A model generated the notes under the pieces. The model was not told where the DNA came from and searched no databases. It saw only the letters and a program-made list of their open reading frames with translations. The translations under genes were made by a program, and so were the position numbers. Below, one piece after another: positions 49,407-61,204 of a DNA stretch of 64,000 bases (positions are counted from its first letter, which is position 1; every line of letters starts with the position of its first letter). The DNA comes from Aplysia californica (Eukaryota). The DNA is taken from the NCBI RefSeq assembly GCF_000002075.1, contig NW_004797443.1:500718-564717 (forward strand), written 5' to 3'.

Positions 49407-52400
49407 GGGGGGGAGGGGGTAAGGGAAGGGAGGGGGAGGGGAGAGAGAGTCTCACCTTTATAATGCAAGTAGAGAACATCATTCAACTCTGGGGTGAGAT
49501 ACAGTTTTAAATCCTTACAGTGCTGTCGAAGGAAGGCTTTGGTCAGAACACTGGGGTGGAAAAAAAGAGTAAAGTTAAGAAAGAATCAAACCACATCACA
49601 AAGAAAGATGATCTTTTGATGTTACATTTTTACGAGACAAAAAAAAACAACTTTTAATCTGTTAATTTTGGGAACAAGCAATACTTTCATAATTTTACAA
49701 TTCCATGCATTTTCACCAGAAGTTGATTATGTTTGTGAGAAAAAGAATAAGTATGAGTAATATAAATAGTCAGATGTACAAGTACTTATCAATTTTTTTT
49801 TCAATCCACAGTAGGGTCTTGACCTCCAATGAACAAGTACTATATTGACTTAAGCAAAACTGTAATTTGTAAATCTAGTTTCCATTACTTAACTTCAATC
49901 AAGTCAAAAAAACAAAGAACTCAAATTTGGGACAATTGCTTTCATATGCTTGATTATGCATGCATGTAGTGTGAACAGTCCACTGTTTAAGTTTTTCTAG
50001 TTTGCTGAAGCAGTATTCTTTGAAGAAAGGTTTAAGGATCCCTAACACTGTCTTCAAAAAAATCAGTGCTCATTTGAGGGTCCCATTTTTATCAACCTTC
50101 ATTGTGTTGCAAGGGAAGAATTTTCGTCACAAATCCAAAATTACTGTTAATATACTTCAAAGGATTATCAATTTTACAAAGCATATATGAATCATTAAAG
50201 ACAGCCTCTAAGAAACTGAACGAAGACTCAACCGGATGATTCAACAGCTTTCTTCCAAAAAGAGTATCATGCATTTTACTTCCCTCAAAATATACTTGTT
50301 CGGGAAAACCAGTTGGCCAAATAGGATGAATTTGATAAAGCATAGAGAAAGAAAAATTAACCTTTAATGATGGGGTGTGAGCCTTTAAGAAGAACTTCAG
50401 AAAAGAAAGGGCCATTCAACCAATTTTGATATTCATCCTAAGTGAGGTCAGCTCATTTTGTAATGCTGTAGTATAGTTACCAACCCCAAGGAGTCATTGT
50501 ATGACTTTACACTTTAATTTTCAGTTACTACGTTCTGAAACATTGTCAAAGGAACTTACCTTGGATATTTACTTTTATTTTCTTTGTCCTCTTCAGGCAC
50601 ATTTCCACCACTTTTCTTCAGTTCTGTGTTATTATTGTTTGTCTCTGAAAATGAAAAGAAGATTTTCTGACTTAAGAATAGTACGTCTCAATGTGATATG
50701 ACTCCATCAGCGAAACTTGACATTCACATTCACTGCTCTTTATTTTCTAAATTTCATCTATATTTTTTTTTTAATTACCAGTCTTTAAATTTTTTAAATC
50801 TGGGACAAGGTACATTACAGATATAGCATTTTATTCCAAATATTCAGACAACAGTTATACATTACCAAAATATGCCAAGCTAATACCAGCACAGAAATAA
50901 TACAGGCTTTAGAGAGCAGAGCCCTCTACGTACACAAGCAGCAAACAGTATTTTCCAGTATACATATATCTACATAAATGTTCTTTTCAAAATAAAAGAA
51001 AAAGCCTTTAACTCATTCGCTACATATTTTTTTCGGCTTGTGGACGAATTTTTTTAGGGAGGGCAAAATGAGATGACGACTAGAGCGCAGTTCAAAGGTC
51101 TTTGGGGCCACAAATTCAAATAAATACCAACATAAAATATTTATATACCAGAATTTTCAGTATGCTTTGTAGAATACATCAGTAATGTTTATTTGTGCAT
51201 TTTTCAACTTTGGCTCCTGCTGTAAGAGGCGATTAAGCAACACAATTTTGCTTGGATGCGGAAAAATTGTTTAAATAAAAAACTATAATAATCTTAGGTG
51301 AAACTCAAAAAATATGTTCCCACCTAGTCAAATTATATATCAAAATAACCATAAATAAATATAGAACAGGAATATATTGAAAAATTGGCAGTTATTTACA
51401 TATATTCCATAAAATTTGTACCTTTGGATCATAACATCCAATATTGAAAATGTAAAAAAAAAAATTTATAATCTCGGAAAAAAGGACAAGATGCATTCAC
51501 AAACAGAAAAAAAACACACGTATCTTATATGAAATTATTCAGAATTGCATTTGGAATGAACCTATATGTGTCTCGACAGGTACTTTTTGTGTAATTTCAC
51601 CAAAAAGAAGTGCATGATTTCGGGGAGAAAAAAATATTTTGACAATTTAGATCTAGACCTAATCTAGATCTTGCACTGAAAAATATTGATTTCTCAATAA
51701 CAGACCACTTAAAATTTCAATTTGAGTCCAATATAGTATTATTATTCTAAAAAAGAGTCCTACATTTCTTTAGTGAGCAAAATAATGATACATTTTGTTG
51801 TATAAAAGTACTAAGACTGTGGTGCCTGGGCATAATTTCGGCATCGCAATAAAACAGTCACAAAAACTTTGAAATCACGATTCAAAACTGAATCACAACT
51901 TTCGATTTTCGGTGATAATGCTTGACCCGTAATTAAGTCAATGTTATATTATAACCTTATTTTAACATGGATATGTGGATTGGACTAAAATCAAAGCAAG
52001 AATTATAGGTAGTTCTCGAGCCGTCGGAGGCGGCTTGGCGTACAGAAGAAACTTTCGCCGCGCCGCGCCGCTGCCCACGGCTCGGCGTAGCGAATGAGTT
52101 AAGTCATCAGCGTTAATTGAGAATCTTGTTCAACTTTTTGTTTCATCGTTTTAAAAGCTCAATATTTAAAATACAAAACGTACCCAAAGACAGGATATCA
52201 CAATCTCTATAATTTCAGTTTTAAAGAGAACAGATGTACTGTTATACTAAATTTCACCTACCTGTTTTGGTATTGTTGTTGGATGTGTCAGTACTGTTTC
52301 CTTCTGTCTGATCAGCTTTCTTTTCCTCACTGAATTTTGTGGTTTCAGGAGGGTCAGACACCTCAACAATTTTGGGTACTGTAACATTCTGTTGTTCAGA

Positions 52401-52439
52401 CAGAGGGTTACTGTCTTCTAATACTTCAATAGATGGCAT
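37626..52439 (-). CDS. DNAAF1: Dynein axonemal assembly factor 1 (LRRC50/ODA7 homologue), 652 aa
   Basis: 13 in-phase GT-AG exons: 52439-52262, 50644-50560, 49550-49456, 48514-48293, 47640-47474, 46608-46534, 45755-45691, 44556-44471, 43359-43102, 42365-42204, 41571-41540, 40059-39961, 38060-37626 (1959 nt). Signature [49 protein letters not shown]22-like LRRs, LRRcap [44 protein letters not shown], acidic tail with DLPDLED. Confidence 0.95.
38461..39696 (-). mobile_element. Decayed Tc1/mariner-superfamily element (1236 bp)
   Basis: TA-CAAGGTGATCAAAAAAAAACTGTACAACTTTTTT...AAAAAAGTTGTAGTTTTTTTTTTTGGATCACCCTG-TA. Minus-strand remnant [28 protein letters not shown] resembles the SGRPRTVRTPENVERVR..S.RR HTH region. 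Confidence 0.8.
43587..44013 (-). mobile_element. AWWT-TSD element, copy 2
   Basis: Reverse-complement homology to 31825-32253; ends gtgacac-AAAT. Confidence 0.7.
45012..45897 (-). repeat. Two direct ~120-bp copies (45012-45130, 45779-45897) of a retroelement-like 3' end bracketing DNAAF1 coding exon 7
   Basis: aagtttattc.gtgtttaaggcca.tg.cccaca.cacatca.ataaaacactcatttgttaaataa.gtttccataatgagaa.. occurs at both positions. Confidence 0.85.
46298..46422 (-). mobile_element. CORE/MIR-like tRNA-SINE fragment
   Basis: aaagt.cctttcccaaggacacaac motif plus a degenerate tRNA head; homologous copy at 61070-61204. Confidence 0.6.
47176..47337 (-). mobile_element. SINE-like family X copy
   Basis: Reverse complement colinear with 13526-13702. 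Confidence 0.8.
48960..49257. other. Assembly gap adjoining a GA-rich repeat
   Basis: Run of N. Confidence 1.
51012..52098. mobile_element. Non-autonomous TTAA (piggyBac-like) element, 1087 bp
   Basis: Perfect 12-bp TIR CTCATTCGCTAC/GTAGCGAATGAG with TTAA at 51008-51011 and 52099-52102; no ORF. Confidence 0.9.
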
Positions 52440-53316
52440 GTTTGTCTCTTGTTTGATTCACATTGAATACTGTGGAAAGATTATGAAATACATACAGTTT
52501 ATGTAAAATAATTGCATCTGAACTTGATTATTTAAATATATATCATAAATAAGTAGGCTACATCATATATGTAGTTAAAACAAATAACAAATTTCATAAG
52601 GTTTTAGTTTTACGAATCTGTGCGTCTTCTTTGGGTAGGCCTAATTTCTGCTTGTCCTCACACCAGAAATGTCATTATAGTTTTATCTCTCCCTTTGCCT
52701 ACTGATGCCTGTTGGATTTCATTTGAGTTGAAAATAAATTCTAATTCTTTTTTTACTAATCTGATTATAATGTATAGCCAAAACTGGGTAATGTTATGAA
52801 TTTTCTTCCACAAAATGGACATCATGTCAAACTCATCAAACTGTCAATTATTTGCTCATAATATCACACACATAGGACGCAAAGACCCTACCACAGAATC
52901 AGTTTTGCTCTAGAAAAAAAAACGTGTTGAAAATAAGAACTGCCGCGGTAGTGTGGATCTGCTGGTAGACCTGCTCTGACTCTGACTATCTAAGGCAGAC
53001 TTATTAGACTAAGGTGTTCCCAGATCATTCCAGATAAATCTCAATCTCGTAATAAGGCCAAACATAAAACCAGCGGAAGCACATGGTATGTACCCTTTGC
53101 CCTTTGGCAAATTGCCTGAAAATTGAAGCCCACATGTCTCCGCTAGTAGTTGACAATGATCTGTAACTGTAAATACTTATGCGTACGTCGGTTTGCTTTC
53201 CGGCGGCTGTAGCTCAAATTCAATGTACAAAATTAAAACTATCCAGGTTGTATTACTGAAAAAGGAACTCTTTAACATCAAAAACGCGATCATGTAATGC
53301 AGAATTTTTTCCTTAC

Positions 53317-53460
53317 TTGAATATATGCTGCGACAATCTCACTGAAGTACACTATCTAGAAATAAAGCGAGCTCAGTGTTTACAAACACCCGAACAGACT
53401 TGTTCTTCAACGAACCGACGCGTCGCCAAGAAACGGATAAACACTCTTCCGATTGTACCA
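53317..53460 (-). promoter_or_regulatory. DNAAF1 non-coding first exon and promoter with X-box and forkhead-like motifs
   Basis: Minus-strand donor GTAAGG at 53316; X-box-like GTCGCCAAGAAAC (53422-53434); TGTTTAC (53377-53383); CTTCCG near 53447. Confidence 0.55.
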
Positions 53461-53772
53461 GTTTTTTAAAAAGTTGTGAAAATGTAGCGAAACAAACCAA
53501 GGGAAATAACCATACGTTTGTGATTAATTTGGTTTTAGTTTTAGTTTAGTTTTAGCGCGACAGTATAAAAGACAGGTCCGTGCACCATTTATAGATTGTC
53601 TTTTCTCTTTATTTTATATTGTCTGGCATTTCCCAGCCAATAACTGTTAATATTAAGGGGTTGGGTTGTTGTTTTTTTCAATGTAGGAAGCCACAGGGCT
53701 TATCAAAACCACCGCAACATGACGTACGTTCCAGTAGGTACATGACGTAGTTAAATTTAATTATAGGGAAAT

Positions 53773-53775
<3 letters not shown>

Positions 53776-53850
<75 letters not shown>

Positions 53851-53885
53851 CTGTCTCTCTCGTTTTCCCTCTCTCTTTCACTCTC
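53776..53885. repeat. (CT)n microsatellite
   Basis: Directly visible. Confidence 0.95.
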
Positions 53886-54135
53886 TCGTACTCGATCTGT
53901 CTCGCTTTCTGTCTACATGTCGCTGTCTTTCTGTCTCTTTCTCCTCATCATCCTCTCAGGATATCTATCTTATAATTGTTACCTGGAGGATAGACAGATT
54001 GTCATCCTGTTAGGTGATAAAATGCCATTATGCACAATGTTCAGTTATCACTCAATGTATTGTACAGTAGCTTACGATACGAACTCATTTTCAGACACAA
54101 GCAAAAGAGAACGGGGAGGGAAAGAGAGAAAGAAG

Positions 54136-54316
54136 NNNNNNNNNNNNNNNNNNNNNNNNNNNNNNNNNNNNNNNNNNNNNNNNNNNNNNNNNNNNNNNNN
54201 NNNNNNNNNNNNNNNNNNNNNNNNNNNNNNNNNNNNNNNNNNNNNNNNNNNNNNNNNNNNNNNNNNNNNNNNNNNNNNNNNNNNNNNNNNNNNNNNNNNN
54301 NNNNNNNNNNNNNNNN
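54136..54316. other. Assembly gap
   Basis: Run of N. Confidence 1.
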
Positions 54317-54605
54317 AACTTGGGGGGGGGGGGGGAAGGGCGCCACTTGTACGTCGTATTTCTTTTCAGTCCTTCTGTTGTTTCCGTCTTGCTTTTACTC
54401 TGCACTAAATTATGGTTTGTTGTGTCGATGTTGTCTTTACTGCTTAGTGTTGGGGAAAAGTAAGACAGACAGACAGAAACAACAGAGGGAAAGTAAAGAA
54501 GTAGGACCTACCAGTGGCGGTGCCCTCCAACCATCCGCAGGATGTGCTTAGACATTGGGAAGTTGGGGGGGGGGGGTGGTGAGTGCTGTAGGCTTTTTAA
54601 AATTT

Positions 54606-54781
54606 GTTTCAGTAGATGTTTAACGGCGCTCGAAACTGCATAAGGTCATATGAGCGCCAGAAGGTTAGAGGTGTTACAAGAGAGTAAGAAAAATAAAACA
54701 AGAAAGAGGGGAGATAAGGACAATAGATGTTAGATTGGAAAAAAGAAGCAAATCACACCAGAGCACCCGCCAATCACCTAC
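54606..54781 (-). mobile_element. SINE-like family X copy
   Basis: Reverse complement colinear with 13526-13702 and 34022-34196. Confidence 0.8.
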
Positions 54782-56399
54782 TGTTATAGGCTTTACTTTA
54801 TTTTCTAGTCGTATATGTGTGTAACTGGGTGCATCTATAGCAAGCAAAGTCTGCTTAATACAAAAACTCATCCACCAATGTCAGGCGATTTCCAATGCAT
54901 CTATAGAGGAGAATAGTCTATACGAATAAATAGAAGAAATAAGCATTCAGAAGACTAGTCGCTTCCCTTGAATTATAAAGTTCTATCTGCTAGTACCTGA
55001 GAAATTTGACCTAAAAAAATTCGAGTTTCTAAACATGTCAAGCTTTTTCGAATGCAGTTCCTCGAATATCTTGACAACGAGCTGATAAAACATGTGGTTT
55101 CTGACCTTATCGTTATAGCTTTACAACTCAGAACGACTAAAAATGTCAAATAGAACTCTGTAATTTTAAGGTAGAGAAGTGGCATCTTCTAGGGCCAATG
55201 AGACCAAAACTGGCAGAGACCAGTTTAACACGTTTGGATTTTCAGCATTCAAAAACTTCATTTTTACTTGTGGATGTGCGTAGCTTCAGGACTTCTCTCT
55301 TGGCTTCAGCATTTCTAATACGTGAAGCCTCACATTATTTTCTTTGCTCTGTGATTACTGCTCTCCAACTGGGTCTGCCAGGAACTTAGCTCATCCATGT
55401 CAAGGGATTCATGTTGGAATGCGAACAAGACGAAGAACAAACACATCACACAACACATACCATTTTAGCCATCCTTTGACTTCGCGTAACAAGACACAAA
55501 TAATAAATATACCTGTATACAAATTAATGAAGTAAGTAAAACCAGGCTGATAGAAATAGAATATTATTCTTTTATTTACGTTCACTTGCATTGATACTTC
55601 TGACTTTCCTTCCTTCATTGGAAACAGATACAGTAACTAACACTATAAGGAACAAACTAAAGGCACACAGAAAAGACCGATAGGCCTATTGTGCGGGATA
55701 CATCACAGATTTCCTTTGTCTTCAATGACGATTAGTTGAACATTCAATTCATAAACAAATCAGGAAGCACTGTGTATTGGAACTCATTGAACGCACTGAA
55801 TGTCTGCATGTTATTGTAAATTATGAAAATAAAAGTAACTGAACATATGTATTTTTCGCAGTATCTCTTTTACTTTTAAAACTTTAAAGATCAAGGGACA
55901 CTGAGTGGGTTGAAGTACAGGAAGCGTAACTGCTCCATTGAATCGATGGACTGCTACAAAAACTGCACACCCTTTGTAACAGAGGTCAAGACTGTACTTC
56001 TCTGCATTATTATTTTTTCTCCTCTCTTTTCTATAGATGGGTCATTCCACAAAAAATGAAACTACAGCAAAACACGAATCGTGGAACTGATAATCTGCTG
56101 AAGAAAATTTGATGCGGTGATAGAGCCACTATTTTATTTTTTATCCTGGGTCCTGATTTTGGCGCCGATATTTGGAGGTTACAAAAAAATGAGTTGACAT
56201 GGTGCAAATTGTTGTTTCAAGAAAAACAAGATGATGGTGGTGATGATGACGGTGACAATAAAGATGCTGTAATGTTGGAAATAATGTGCATGTTAATCTT
56301 AGTGCTAAGTCATTTCTGTTTTTAAATGCATAAGATGAATATTTGGAGTGATTTTCTTTCAGTCAGAACACAACGTTTTATGTTACTGTGGTACATTGT

Positions 56400-56470
56400 A
56401 TTGTATTGTAAAGCGCTCAGAGCCTGTGTACTCTAATCGGGGTTGAGCGCTATATAAATGTCATATTAAG
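56400..56470 (+). mobile_element. L2-type retroelement 3' tail fragment
   Basis: TGTAAAGCGCTCAGAG...TTGAGCGCTATATAAAT stem-loop; related copy at 12359-12405. Confidence 0.55.
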
Positions 56471-58362
56471 TGTATTTTATTTTTTTGTTTGGCGCTTACT
56501 CTAGATCTGGGGGCAGGACACAATCCTCAGATAGAGCCATTATTAGTTTTTCTTTGTTACAAGCATCCTTCCCCTTACCAACCCCCCCCCCCCCCCCCCC
56601 CCCCCCCACAAAAAAACACCCTGGCTCTAGCACTGCAAGGATTTTTTTTTCAGCAGATCATCATCCCCATGTTACATGTGTCACTGCAGTTTCATTTTTC
56701 ATGGAGTGGCCCAGATGTTTTGCCCGAGGGTCTGGTGTAGGAAAAAATAGATGCTCAAAATCTCACAACATAAGATCCACTTTCATTGTGGTCTATATAA
56801 TGTGTCTAGCAGGGCAGTAAGCTTTTACTAATACAAAAGTACATTGCACTTATAATTAAGGGATATGTGAAAATATTTTGACGATATCAAAATGGTATTG
56901 AGACAAAAATTGGCAAACACAATCCAGACATAGCAAAAAGGACCAGCAATAAAGAGAACGATAAGGAGAGGTGGTGATGACTGTGGTCGAGCATGAAAAC
57001 ACTTTAATGATATGATATCACAATGGTAATGCGGCAAAAATTGGCAAAAAGAATCAGAAATATAAAGAAGGATGAGGAAGGATGGTACTGACAGTGGTGG
57101 AGGTGTGTGTAAGTCTTACACACACCTAGATCTAGTAAGTGTGAGTGTGTGGGGGCGGGGGGTTAAGGTATGGGGTAGGATGAGAATCCCACTGACAAAA
57201 CACAGCCTCACAGGTAAGCTCAGTTTTTAAAACAATCTTTAAGTATATGAGAGAAAAACATTCATAAAGGGAGAAAAGTAGATTATACCAAAAGCAAAGA
57301 AAAAAAAACAACAAACAAACAAACAAACAAAAACTTCCAGCCAAAGCTGCTGAACTTGGAATGCACAAAATATTTTATGACTCTGCATCAAAGCACCTTG
57401 CATATTCAGAGACACATAGATGTACCACACAAGAACAAAACATTATTCTACACTCCATGACAAAAGAATTACAAAAATATATATTCAGGGAAGTCATAGG
57501 AACAGTAGCACAATCAGACTGTCTCTTGAGTCAATCAAAATAAGGTTCCAGGCCATGACATTACATTATTCAGAAGCAGACACAGAAGAGACAAATAATG
57601 TCACACACACTGAAACTAGTCCTGTGCACCAATGAATACAAGAAACAAGAACATATATAACCTACTCTTTAACTCCTGAGTTATGGTAAGCTGTTATAAG
57701 CTATAAAAAGTGCGAAAAAAAACAAAACATGTGCTTTCCACCTTTTTTTCAATCTGGCAATGCAAGGGAAAAAAATAAAAATAACTCCACTGAAAACACT
57801 GAGCCTCATTCAACTCTTAAAAAACAAAATATATACACTGTATCTACAGTAATGTCAGTGTAAGATGAACATTTTCCATTTTTAAAAAACAAACAAAAAA
57901 CAAATCAACATAAAAACATAATGATCATGACAAGATTGTCAAACTATTTCTGTACCCAGGAAAGATAATAAAACACCTCCAAAAACTTCCACTCTTCACT
58001 GCTACCTCCCATAAGACCCTGTGTCAAGTGGGGCTTAAACTCTCAAACAAACAAAAAATCCCAAAACAAACTATCATAAACATAATATCAGCCTCTGTAA
58101 CCTGTAAATTCCTACAAAAATTGAAAGCAATCAAACTGGCATACTACAGAAAGACCTAGCACCAATGGCTATTAAATTTAATTTGAAAAACTACAAGGCC
58201 AAGGACAAAGCCACGCTATAGACAGAGGCAACAAAAGGATAGAAAAAAAGAAAGACCAGAAGCACCCTCCAACCCCCTGCATACAGTTTCTAACAACACA
58301 ATTTCTTTTTGACTTAAAAGGAAGCACATATACACAATAACGATCATTTAGAGAAGGAGAAA

Positions 58363-58393
<31 letters not shown>

Positions 58394-59130
58394 AACAACA
58401 GCAAGAAAGAGGAGTGGAACCTATTAGTGGTGACCACCACTTACTTGCACAATTTATTTATAGGGGAAAAAAACAAGAACAAACACAATTCCAAAGCCAA
58501 TATACACTTCTGCATTCCTCACTCCTTAAATGAGGCAATGCATTAACAGACATGTGATCGAGACAAAGAAGAATGAAGAGCTCAAGGAAGTACACACACA
58601 ACATGTGCCTGTGAGATCAAGAGAATTTTAAAAAACCCCAAATAGGTATAATACATAATAATATATTATTATACATACAAAGTACATATATCTGTATCGT
58701 GTGACCTCAAAACAAAAGTAAAACAAAACAAAGGGTATAAATATGAAACTCGTAACCAACACCAGGGTCTCATGCATATTACATAATTACATACGATGCA
58801 TTTTGTTAGCAAACACAGACACATGGACTAAATATGCGTACGGGTTCAAATTAATCACATAACAAAAATAATTATCTCTATAATATCAAAGCATTTTCCC
58901 CAACACAATATCAACTGAAAGCTCTGCGAGCAACAGAAACATACAGGGTCTTATCGTTGGGAATATGAGTTAACATCAGTCTATGTCCGTGTATCAAATA
59001 TCTGTCTGTCCGTCAGTTTGAATTTTACATAGGATTCTACTCATCTCTCTCAATTCCTGTCACCATTTTCCCTTCCATTTCTCCTTCTATATCAGTCTGG
59101 GAAAACACACATACACTCATACATACATAT

Positions 59131-59549
59131 ATGACGCATCGTGGTGAAATCAAACGCTCGTCAAAATAATGAAATAAAAAAAAAGCATTTTTCTGCCCGT
59201 AAGACAGTGTTTATCAATTTGTTGTGTTTTTTGGTTCAACAGCTTTTATGAGATTTTTACTGAAAAACAGCACAAAGGCACAAAAACATAAATTTGAGAT
59301 TTCCAAGGGCACTCAAGCTTTGGAAGTTATTGAAATCTGGCGGCCATTTTCTCTTTAATTTTACCTCTGACACCAAGTTCCCCCCAATCTCATTCAATCG
59401 TAAGTATCTCAACTTTCATTCAAGATAGATGTGTAATTTTTTTTCATTAAAAGCAAGGCAAATGAACAAGCTTTACTATAATTATAATATCAATCTATCT
59501 CAATATGCCCCAAAATTGACGAGTGCCTGATTCCACAGCGTTGTGACAC
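59131..59549 (-). mobile_element. AWWT-TSD element, copy 3
   Basis: Reverse-complement homology to 31825-32253; ATAT on both flanks. Confidence 0.75.
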
Positions 59550-60748
59550 ATATAATAATAAATTATAATATTCATAGACACAATAACACCTTGAGAGACA
59601 AGCGAACCAAAACAGGGGCATTTTTTAGATACGAGCTGGAGTTAGGCAGATTTTTTTGCCTTGGGATTCGAGCTGAATTTTGAGATGCGAGCGCACTTAG
59701 TGACGACTAGGTTCGACCGGATATATATATTTCCCTATCTCTTTTTATCTCTCTCTCTCTCTCACTTTCTCTCTTCCTCTCTCTTATCATTTTTTCATCT
59801 AAATGTCTTTTTTTTTAAAACAAATTTTATATAACCAACATATATCAACAAAAACGAAACAAAAAGCAATGGCATAATATCATATGGACTCTATATTCAA
59901 AGGAAGTAAGCAACATGTAAGCAGGGACGAATGAGGAATCGATTGCCATTCAAAACTTCTTGATAACAAGAAAACAACATAATTTATGGAACATTTAAAA
60001 TGCACAGAATAAAAACGGAAATCTGCAGGGGTATTAATAACTAGTAACCGAAAGGCTTTAAGGGCCCTTTTAACACATTTAAGAGGAAGGATCTCCGAGT
60101 GCAATATCCGTTTCCATCAAAAGACTATGGTAAGTAAGTGGAGAGCCTTGAAAACTTCCAAAACAACCAAAGCTCTAGTTCAAGAACGCCCTATTAATTA
60201 ATTAAGGATTCAAAACAAAGTCAACATCGCGCATTTAAAGGAAAAACAAAAATCATTTAAAAAAAACTGTACACTGATCACCCACAAGAATCATGAATAG
60301 CGAAGGAAAAAGCTAAACTTTGACTGGTACTGGTAGTGTTGTTATCATGTAGAACATAAAATAAGAGCTTTATTATGGTGCACTATTTATTTATAATTTA
60401 ATACAATCATATGCAGTGTGACATAAGAACTTTCTCCGCGACTGAATATTTCAAACAAAGTATGATAGGAAATGGATGAGCTTGAATGGAAGTATAATTG
60501 CACTTGCTGGGATATACATTTAGTCTTAGCATCTTCAACCACATAAAATATATAAATCTTGACAATCAAGAATATAAAAATACTGTTTACACGCACATGC
60601 AAAGAGCACATTACATAGAGATGAAGCACCAGTATCATAAATAGTGAGAGTCTCATAAAAAAAGAGTCCCTTTGCTTTGTCCCCCTCTTTGCTCGTGGCA
60701 GCTGTCTGTGGCACAACAGCATGGCAAAAGGACGCTACTCGGCACCAT

Positions 60749-60852
60749 TGACAAGTCTTCCAATGACAAGTCTTCCAATGACAAGTCTTCCAATGACAAG
60801 TCTTCCAATGACAAGTCTTCCAATGACAAGTCTTCCAATGACAAGTCTTCCA
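60749..60852. repeat. Perfect 15-bp minisatellite (TGACAAGTCTTCCAA) x ~7
   Basis: Six exact units plus a 14-nt seventh. Confidence 0.97.
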
Positions 60853-61069
60853 TTATGACTCCAAACAAGGTCTTTGATTTCAAGACAAAAAGAAAAGTCT
60901 AGAGACAACAAGAGGAAAGCAGCTCATATGTGTAAAATGGGGAAATGGTATAGGGTTAATGCCCCTATCAACACAATTCGGTTATTTAAGAAGCCATCTC
61001 CTGTTTTAGTTTTAGTAAGGTTTTTTACTGTGTTCGCAACTGCATAAGGTCATATGAGCGTGAAAAGAC

Positions 61070-61204
61070 AGAGCTAAATAGGAAATTTGTGTAAAGTGCC
61101 TTTTCCAAGGACACAACATCGGACTGATTGAGGCTCAAACCCCTGAACCATCAATCTCGCGATTATGAGTCCGGTAACCTAACCACTAGGCTGCCAACGC
61201 CACC
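61070..61204 (-). mobile_element. CORE/MIR-like tRNA-SINE fragment
   Basis: Homologous to 46298-46422. Confidence 0.6.

Noticed and set aside
54900-55420. Possible decayed Crypton (tyrosine recombinase) remnant on the minus strand
   Set aside because: Only a vague STLKLQSSI..AFEKA resemblance among many stops; not supportable without a translated search.
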